IMG/VR virus record: IMGVR_UViG_2867339791_000001 | Coordinates: 71,046 to 112,121 of that record | Reading direction: 5' to 3' (one strand) | DNA length: 41,076 nucleotides | Source: a virus | Part shown: piece after piece, positions 34,779-41,076 of the stretch | Numbering within the stretch: position 1 is the first letter of the stretch | How the letters are laid out: each line of letters starts with the position of its first letter | The notes under the pieces: generated by a model | What the model was told of the DNA's origin: nothing | The model's database searches: none | Seen by the model: the letters and a program-made list of their open reading frames with translations, nothing else | Position numbers and translations under genes: made by a program

Positions 34779-35380
34779 TGGGCGGGCTCGACGAGGACGG
34801 CCAGCCCACCGACGACCTGTTGATGCACTGGGCCGAGCACAACGCCCACGCCGACGGTGAGCGTCCCGACCCGGCCGACGGCGAGCACCCGATCCTCGGC
34901 GAGCTGTCCGCCCTGGTGGACCTCCTCGCGTCCGGGAAGGTACCCACGCCGCACGGCATCCACCTCAACTTCGAGGCGGGCGAGGCCGCCTGGGTGCGGG
35001 TGATCGCCGCCAACCCGGCGGTGGTCGAGCAGGTCGGGTTGCGCCCGCAGGTCATCGTCGCCGCCGGCCGGGTCTTCAACGGCACCGAGCACGTCGAGGT
35101 GCGCCTGTCGTGGGTGGCCGACCAGGACATCCCCGACCAGGGGCGGGTGGTTGCCGCGGTGCGGGCCCTGACCGGGCTGCTGCTGGCCGGTGGGATGCCG
35201 GTGCCGCTGCGGGTGGACGCGATGCACGCCCTAACGCGCGTGGGGCTGATGGCGCAGCGGATCGTCGACCAGACGGCCGCGGTCCTGGACGAGCGGCCGA
35301 CGTGGCACATGGGGTCGGTGTTCGTCGTCAAGCGGCTCGGGCGGTGGGTGTCGTACACGATGCACGGGTTCCTGCGATGA
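34775..35380 (+). CDS. Hypothetical protein
   Basis: Overlapping start/stop; GC-rich third positions. Confidence 0.75.
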   Translation: MMGGLDEDGQPTDDLLMHWAEHNAHADGERPDPADGEHPILGELSALVDLLASGKVPTPHGIHLNFEAGEAAWVRVIAANPAVVEQVGLRPQVIVAAGRVFNGTEHVEVRLSWVADQDIPDQGRVVAAVRALTGLLLAGGMPVPLRVDAMHALTRVGLMAQRIVDQTAAVLDERPTWHMGSVFVVKRLGRWVSYTMHGFLR

Positions 35381-35856
35381 GCGGCCCGTTGGAGCTGCTG
35401 GCCACCCGCGGACTCCCGGGGTCAGGCAAGACGTTTTTCTCCGCCGGCTGGGTGGCCGAGGACCCGGCCGGCCGCGCCCGGGTCAGCCGGGACGACACGC
35501 GGAAGATGCTGCACGGCGGCTGGCTGGGCACGGCCCGGCAGGAACGGCAGGTAACCGTCGTGACGCACGGGGCGATCCTCGACCTGCTGCGGCTCGGGGT
35601 GTCCGTGATCGAGGACAGCACCAACCTGGTCGACGAGCACCTGTTCGGGTTGTGGGACATCGCGCAGCGGGCGGGAGCCCGGTTCCGGGTGGTGGACCTG
35701 ACGCACGTCCCGTTCGAGGTGTGCGTGGACCGGGACGCGCGGCGGGAGGGCCCGGCGCGGCTGGGCCGGGCGAAGATCCACGCGATGTTTGAGCGGCATA
35801 TGCAGGGCCGGCCTCGGCCGCTGCCGCTGCCCATTGGGCTTCGGCCGGCTGGCTGA
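35377..35856 (+). CDS. P-loop kinase, polynucleotide-kinase (AAA_33)-like
   Basis: RGLPGSGKT, RVSRDDTRKML, IEDSTNL, CVDRDARR. Confidence 0.85.
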   Translation: MSGPLELLATRGLPGSGKTFFSAGWVAEDPAGRARVSRDDTRKMLHGGWLGTARQERQVTVVTHGAILDLLRLGVSVIEDSTNLVDEHLFGLWDIAQRAGARFRVVDLTHVPFEVCVDRDARREGPARLGRAKIHAMFERHMQGRPRPLPLPIGLRPAG

Positions 35857-35924
35857 AATTCGGTAGAAGTCGTGACAGCGGCCACCCCGTAACGTAGCTT
35901 GATAGATGTAACCACTACCAAGAT
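35857..35924 (+). promoter_or_regulatory. Element promoter-operator module, copy I
   Basis: AATTCGGTAGAAGT-C-GTGACA-17-TAGCTT-GATAGATGTAACCACTACCAAGAT. Confidence 0.82.
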
Positions 35925-35937
35925 TCGAGGGGGCGTC

Positions 35938-36151
35938 ATGGTCACCGCAACGCGCATTGGCCCCGCCGACTACGTGCTCCACACCCCCCCGCGTCGAGCA
36001 GGGCACCCGATTCACCGCGCACGGCGCGATGTTCGAGGTCGTCAGCGAGCCGATCACCGTCGGCTGGAACTCCGCGACCGCCCGCGTCCGCGAGGTCGGC
36101 GGCACCCACGACGGCAACGAATTTCCTGCCTACCTGCGAACGAGGAGCTGA
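35938..36151 (+). pseudogene. Small gene with apparent +1 frameshift in a C7 run (35984-35990)
   Basis: Removing one C joins MVTATRIGPADYVLHTP to RVEQGTRFTAHGAMFEV... Confidence 0.55.
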
Positions 36152-36156
36152 CCGCC

Positions 36157-36468
36157 ATGGCCCGCCGCGAACGCACCCCCCGCCGGATCGCCCTCGACGT
36201 GCTGCGCTCAGTCAAGAGCGACGTCGGTTCGCTGATCGCGCGCTGGGACGTCACCGGGAAGGTCTACCTGCACCCGCACGAGCGTGAGGACCCCAGCAGG
36301 TGGTTCCGGCCTCGCCAGCCGCACGAGTACCCCGAGAACGACCCGCAGGCGTGGACGCAGCTCGCGGCCGACGCCGAGGAGGTCGCCCGGACCGCGATGG
36401 CGCTGCGCCGGTTCGCGCTCGACCAGAAGGCGGACCTGCTCCGAGCGCGGCGGGGTGGCCAGCAATGA
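36157..36468 (+). CDS. Hypothetical protein
   Basis: GAGGAG RBS. Confidence 0.7.
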   Translation: MARRERTPRRIALDVLRSVKSDVGSLIARWDVTGKVYLHPHEREDPSRWFRPRQPHEYPENDPQAWTQLAADAEEVARTAMALRRFALDQKADLLRARRGGQQ

Positions 36469-36830
36469 CCACCCGCACTGCCGAGACGGTCACGCTGAAC
36501 CCCCGCTACGCGGTTCCGCTCGGCACCGGCCGGATCGCCTGCACTCAGGTCCCCGCCGGCATGTGGGCCGTCAAGGTCCGCCAGCGCGGCGACCACACCA
36601 TCGCCTACGTCGTGCCCCGCTACAGCACCGCCGGCAGGGCGTTCGTCCTCGCCGTCGGCGACGACCAGCGGGCCGTGTTCGGCGCGGCCATCCGCTGGAC
36701 CGGCCAGGCCAAGACCCTCGCCTGCCACATCGACCGGGTCGTGTTCGCCGGCTACGGCGACGCCACCTACGAGCAGTTGAGCGACCTCGACGGCCTCCCG
36801 GTCGTCTTCGACAGCCAGGAGGCCCGATGA
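36465..36830 (+). CDS. Hypothetical protein
   Basis: ATGA overlap. Confidence 0.7.
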   Translation: MTTRTAETVTLNPRYAVPLGTGRIACTQVPAGMWAVKVRQRGDHTIAYVVPRYSTAGRAFVLAVGDDQRAVFGAAIRWTGQAKTLACHIDRVVFAGYGDATYEQLSDLDGLPVVFDSQEAR

Positions 36831-37610
36831 GCCTGTACCCGACCAAGACCCGACTGCGGCTGCTCCGCGACGTCGCGGACGGCATGGTGTGGTTCTCCCC
36901 GCACCAGAACGCCGTACACAACCGAGCCACCACACCGGCGGCCAACGTGCTCTCGGCTACCGCCGAGCAGCGGGAGGCCGGCTGGATCACCGCGGACATC
37001 CGCGACAGCTCCGACACCCTCGGCCACTACCCGTACTCGCCCACCGCCGCCGGGCTGGAACCTCCTCGCCAAGCACCTGCCGGACGCCGGCCCCATCCCG
37101 CCCGTGTGGCTCCTGGATGTGGACGGCGTCATCAACGCGACCAGCCCGCAGTGGGGTGTCGAGCCCAGTACCGGTAAGGCCCGCGCCGCCGGCACCACCT
37201 ACCGCCTGCGCTGGGCCGCGCCGCTGGTCGACCGCATCCGCGAGCTGCACACCACCCACCAGGTCGAGGTTCGCTGGTGCACCACCTGGTGCGCGTACGC
37301 CGACGAGCTGGAACGGCTGTGGGACCTTCCCGCGCTGGGCCGCGCGTTCTGGGAGGACGTCAACGGCTACGCGGCGAAGGTGGCGAAGCTAGCCGCCGCG
37401 CGGCAGGTGCTCGCCGACGGCCGCCGCCTGATATGGACCGACGACACCGAGGTCCCGATGTCCGGCCCCGTGTCGGACGAGCTGACCGCCGACGGGAGGT
37501 CGCTGCTGATCCGCCCGGACGAGTGGTACGGACTACGGCCGGTCGACCTCGACGCGATCGAGGCGTTCGGCCGCGAAGCGCTCGAAGCGATCAAGGCGAG
37601 GACGGCGTGA
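36827..37610 (+). CDS. HAD-family phosphatase (HAD_SAK/RNA-repair-like); apparent +1 frameshift near 37061, HAD domain 37104-37610
   Basis: WLLDVDGVIN, WCTTW, IWTDD motifs; AGGAGG RBS at the upstream ATG. Confidence 0.7.
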
Positions 37611-37810
37611 TCGTCTTCCTGTGCCCAGACCGGGCCCGCCGCCGCCACCGCTGCACGGCGACGTTCCCCGTCCCGACCCGCGACCCGGACGCCGCGCTGA
37701 CCGAGGTGATCGCGCACCTCACCGGCGACCCACACCGGCACGAGCTGGCCGACGCGATGCGGCTGCTCACCAACGTCAAAGAGATCAAGACCGCGCGGGA
37801 GGCGGCGTGA
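37607..37810 (+). CDS. Small Zn-finger-like protein
   Basis: GTGA overlap; C..C..H..H. Confidence 0.55.
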   Translation: MIVFLCPDRARRRHRCTATFPVPTRDPDAALTEVIAHLTGDPHRHELADAMRLLTNVKEIKTAREAA

Positions 37811-38171
37811 ACGTACCGGAATACCTGCTCGGCTTGGCCACCCTGCCGGCCGCCCTCGGCGCCGGCTGGCTGCTGTGGCGGCTCGCCCGGCTGGTCAACC
37901 GAGTTGGCGACGACCTGCTCCGGCGGCTTCCCGTCGGCAGGCGCAGGAGCGGGCCGGGTTCGCGTCTTTCGCCGCATGCGCCCGCCGCTGCCACGTCGTC
38001 GCGTTCGGCGGGGTGGCCGTCGCGGTGATGGCCGGCTATGACAGCGGCGAGCGGCAGCAGGTCTACAACGCGGTCTACCCGGTGCTGGCCGAGCCCGCCC
38101 GGGTGCGGCTTCGGCGGCGGGCGGCTGGCCCGCAGGACCCGGGCATCGACTACACCGATCAGGAGGCGTGA
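37807..38171 (+). pseudogene. Single-TM gene with apparent frameshift near 37938; paralog of the next gene
   Basis: GGAGG RBS; RRLPVG|AQERAGFASFAACARR aligns with KRLPLH..RDRTAALVASARR. Confidence 0.5.
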
Positions 38172-38491
38172 TGTCCGATTTTTGGCTGGGGGTGCTCGCC
38201 GCCTTCGGGGTCGTCGGTGGCCTGGTCGTGGCGCTCGGCCTGGTGTGGTTGGTCGTGGTGATGCTGCCCGAGGGTGTGTGGTGGACGGTGAAGCGGCTGC
38301 CGCTGCACGACGAGTTCACGCGGGACCGGACAGCTGCGCTGGTGGCGTCGGCTCGGCGGGCGTACACCCTGCGCATCCCTCAGGGGGTGCGGCTGACGTT
38401 GACGCTCGGGGAGAACCGGGAGGGCATGCTGGATTTGCTGGATGACCTGGGCAGAAGCCGCCGGGCGGCCCGTGTGGAGGGGCGGGAGTAG
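38168..38491 (+). CDS. Single-TM hypothetical protein
   Basis: AGGAGG RBS; N-terminal TM. Confidence 0.72.
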   Translation: MMSDFWLGVLAAFGVVGGLVVALGLVWLVVVMLPEGVWWTVKRLPLHDEFTRDRTAALVASARRAYTLRIPQGVRLTLTLGENREGMLDLLDDLGRSRRAARVEGRE

Positions 38492-38678
38492 AACTGGCCA
38501 GCGAATCCGAGCGACACGGTAAATGCCTCATGTTCGCTCTATTTGACGCTTTTGCCCCGTGAAAGTTGCACACTGAAAACGTTCAGGGAACATCCATTCC
38601 CCGACCGAGCAACATCAACTCAACCCGAACGTCGCCGACCCGCACCCGCACGGCACCGGATCCAATGGGGAGGATCAG

Positions 38679-39428
38679 ATGCCCACCAGGCACCAACGCC
38701 GCATACGGTTGCTGCTGCTCGGCGTGGCGGCCGGCCTGGGGACCCTGATCGCGCTCGGCCACTCGGAAGACGCGCACGCCGCCGACAGCACCCCCTACCC
38801 GACAGCGGACCACATCGGCGACGTCGAGCCCGCACGCGCCGCCCTGGCCGGGATCAAGTCGCACCCGCGGGCGGTGGCCACGCAGCCGGTCCGACGTCTC
38901 ATCGAGACCACGGCAGCGATCGAGGGCACCACCGTTCGCCCCACCATCAACCGACTCGTCGGCGACACGGTCTCGGCGCGGATCCGTCTTCTGGACGCGG
39001 CACCGCGCGAGCCAGCGTTCGTGCGGGCCCGACCGCAGGCTCCACCGCCCCCGGCTGCCGACCCGAGGCACGCGCCAGCCAAGACGCAGCCGGCGCCCGC
39101 CCGCGCCCGCGTGAAGCCCGCCGGCACCCTTCACCTCGCCGGCCACCGCCGCCCGGCCGCCGCTCATCCACCGGCCGAGGGGGCGGCCCGCCGTCTGCCA
39201 CCGCCCGTTCCGCACGCGGCGGCTCTCACCCCCGGGGACTCCGGCTCGCACAGCCACTGGATCAACAGCGTCAGCAGCGACGATGCCGCGACGGCACCCG
39301 CGGCCAAGCCGTTCGACGCCACTACCACCGGAGTGTGGACGCCCCACAGCCTGCCTGACCGGCCGCTGAGGGGCCGCGACCAGCACCACGACGGCCGCAC
39401 CCATCCCCCGTCGCCCCCGTTCGGCTGA
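38679..39428 (+). CDS. Pro/Ala-rich putative secreted protein
   Basis: GGAGG RBS; signal-like N-terminus ending AHA. Confidence 0.55.
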   Translation: MPTRHQRRIRLLLLGVAAGLGTLIALGHSEDAHAADSTPYPTADHIGDVEPARAALAGIKSHPRAVATQPVRRLIETTAAIEGTTVRPTINRLVGDTVSARIRLLDAAPREPAFVRARPQAPPPPAADPRHAPAKTQPAPARARVKPAGTLHLAGHRRPAAAHPPAEGAARRLPPPVPHAAALTPGDSGSHSHWINSVSSDDAATAPAAKPFDATTTGVWTPHSLPDRPLRGRDQHHDGRTHPPSPPFG

Positions 39429-39580
39429 CTCTCACCGTCGCCTCGGGCACCAGCCAGCAGCACTGGCCGGCGCCAACCGCCGCACGCCTACCCGAGGGCT
39501 CTGCGGCGGGGAGACAGCAAAGCCCCCACGCGGTGCTGCGCGTCTCCGATCACCCGCAACTAGATCGGAGCACCACCACC

Positions 39581-40138
39581 ATGACGCACAACCTGAGCTA
39601 CCCCCGCGATCTGAACGACAACACGGAGCGGGAGATCCACGCGGCCCGTAAGCAGCGAGAACGCCGGATCTGTCGGCTCCTCGCGGAGCGGAGGCAGATG
39701 CGGCCCCCTCGGATCTACACCCGGGCCACCGTGATCGCCGGCATCGCTGCGGTCCTGGACTGGGTGATGGTCGCCTTCCACACCGCCAGCGTGCGAGGCC
39801 GCGCGCAGGACCCGATGATCGGCACCCATCAGGCGCTCGTGGCGACGCTCTCCATCATTGCCGCGTGCCTCGCGATCGGCTGGGCCATCATGGAGATGCA
39901 GCGCCGGTTCGAAGTCAAACGAGACGAGATCGAGGATCTGCGCCATCAGGACCGCACGGCGCTGGCCGAGTGGGCGATGGTCGTGGCGAGCAACCGGGAG
40001 TGGCAGAGCTACGCCGTCGGTGTGCGGGAGGGGCAGGGCTACAACCGCAACGCATCGACCGATCCGCACAACGCCGTCGTGCCGCTGTCGCAGCGCACCG
40101 CCGGCAGCCGGCAGCCCGGCCACCGGTACTACAGCTAG
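39581..40138 (+). CDS. 2-TM hypothetical protein
   Basis: GGAG RBS; two hydrophobic helices. Confidence 0.7.
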   Translation: MTHNLSYPRDLNDNTEREIHAARKQRERRICRLLAERRQMRPPRIYTRATVIAGIAAVLDWVMVAFHTASVRGRAQDPMIGTHQALVATLSIIAACLAIGWAIMEMQRRFEVKRDEIEDLRHQDRTALAEWAMVVASNREWQSYAVGVREGQGYNRNASTDPHNAVVPLSQRTAGSRQPGHRYYS

Positions 40139-41076
40139 ACGCCGCGCATCACGTCGATGTTGTCGTAGGCGCGCTGTGCCCGTCGTCCCCGGGCGGCCGA
40201 CCCGTAGTGCAGGAGCATCTGCCTGGACTCCCACCCGTTGAGTTCCATCAGGTCGCCCTCGGCGCCGCCCGCGTCCAGCCAGTTGTGGGTGAACGTGTGC
40301 CTGAACAGGTGCGGGTGGACCTTCAGGCCGATCCGTGCACCTCGCCGCTTGACGATCTGCCGCACCCCTGACGGCGTCATCGGCACGTTCCGGCGCACGC
40401 CGATCCACAGGGCTTTGGTGAGCTTCGCCGCCGAGTGCTCGGACCGCTTCCGCAGGTACCGGTCGAGGGCGAGGGCCGCCTTGGCGTCGAACTTGACGGT
40501 GCGTGTCCTGCCGCCCTTGCCGGTAACCACGGCGGTCCGCTTCGCCACGTCGACATCGTCGAGGTCCAGGCCGGTGATCTCGGCGAGTCGGCAGCCGGTC
40601 GCGGCGAACAGCCTCATGAGGGCCGCATCGCGGCGGTCCTCATAGGTCTTGCCCTTCTCCGCGTCCTTGATCAGCGCGGCGAGCTGTTCGGTCTCGATGA
40701 TCGGCTTCGGCTCGGCGCCAACCTTGACCGGCGGCGGGGGCTTGAACTTGTCGAACGGGTCGACCGTGTCCTCTTCCTCGGCGTACCACTTGAAGAACGC
40801 TTGCAACGCGCGGCCGATGTTGTTGCGGTAGCCGCGGGCGTACTCGATCTCCTGCATGTGGGCGAAGAACTGGCGCAGCTCGTCGCGGGTTACCTGCGCC
40901 CACGACCGGATGTCGGTTTCGCGCAGCAGCCAGCCGGCGAACCAGGATGCCGCGTCGGTGTAAATCTCCCTCGTGCGTTCTGACCGTTCGGCGACTTGGA
41001 GTGACAGCCGGAACGAGGCGATCCACGGGGCGAACGAGCCGAGGTCTTCTGGTAGGTCACCGCGCCGGCTGGCCAT
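40135..41076 (-). CDS. Tyrosine recombinase/integrase
   Basis: TGCRLAE (R), TGKG (K), HLFRH (HxxR), NGW, HY (Y); N-terminal SAM-like domain. Confidence 0.95.
   Translation of the reverse strand: MASRRGDLPEDLGSFAPWIASFRLSLQVAERSERTREIYTDAASWFAGWLLRETDIRSWAQVTRDELRQFFAHMQEIEYARGYRNNIGRALQAFFKWYAEEEDTVDPFDKFKPPPPVKVGAEPKPIIETEQLAALIKDAEKGKTYEDRRDAALMRLFAATGCRLAEITGLDLDDVDVAKRTAVVTGKGGRTRTVKFDAKAALALDRYLRKRSEHSAAKLTKALWIGVRRNVPMTPSGVRQIVKRRGARIGLKVHPHLFRHTFTHNWLDAGGAEGDLMELNGWESRQMLLHYGSAARGRRAQRAYDNIDVMRGV

Larger units (their letters stand above)
1..41076. mobile_element. Part of a large integrated prophage/plasmid-like element carrying a tRNA array; boundaries not visible
   Basis: Tyrosine integrase, iteron-containing rep gene, helicase, EndoVII, dense small orphan ORFs with overlapping stop/start codons, one shared promoter motif across about 28 kb, no housekeeping genes. 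Confidence 0.8.

Noticed and set aside
8054-35924. Recurrent GATAGATGTAA motif as CRISPR repeats or att/cassette sites
   Set aside because: Dispersed over kilobases, degenerate, no spacer periodicity, no cas genes; consistent -35/17/-10 geometry fits promoters
40135-41076. Attachment site next to the integrase
   Set aside because: The window ends at the integrase start; no att core or host junction visible

Overview
High-GC actinomycete-type sequence (about 70% GC by eye; Micromonosporaceae-like by inference). It appears to be part of a large integrated phage- or plasmid-like element: a tyrosine integrase at the right end, an iteron-containing replication initiator near 17.6-18.4 kb, a UvrD-like helicase, an endonuclease VII, many small orphan genes, and no virion structural genes in view. 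The centrepiece is a 35-gene tRNA array (21071-27687) covering all 20 amino acids. It is interrupted by an HNH nuclease, an ATP-dependent DNA ligase and two antisense Zn-ribbon/LAGLIDADG endonucleases, and is followed by a structured RNA and a RING/TerD-type gene. The most notable observation is the array leader: a promoter, then a 38-codon uORF using 19 of 20 amino acids and 30 distinct codons, whose last codons can pair with the 5' arm of an intrinsic terminator, then the first tRNA and an rRNA-operon-like boxA. This looks like a pan-tRNA-sensing attenuator that would switch on a backup tRNA set when translation stalls (inference, not tested). The element also has about 9 copies of one promoter-operator module pointing away from the replication gene, a DprA-PRTase (ShosTA-like) pair with a LexA box, and PNK-like and HAD RNA-end-healing genes. 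All calls are by-eye motif recognition; no searches were run.
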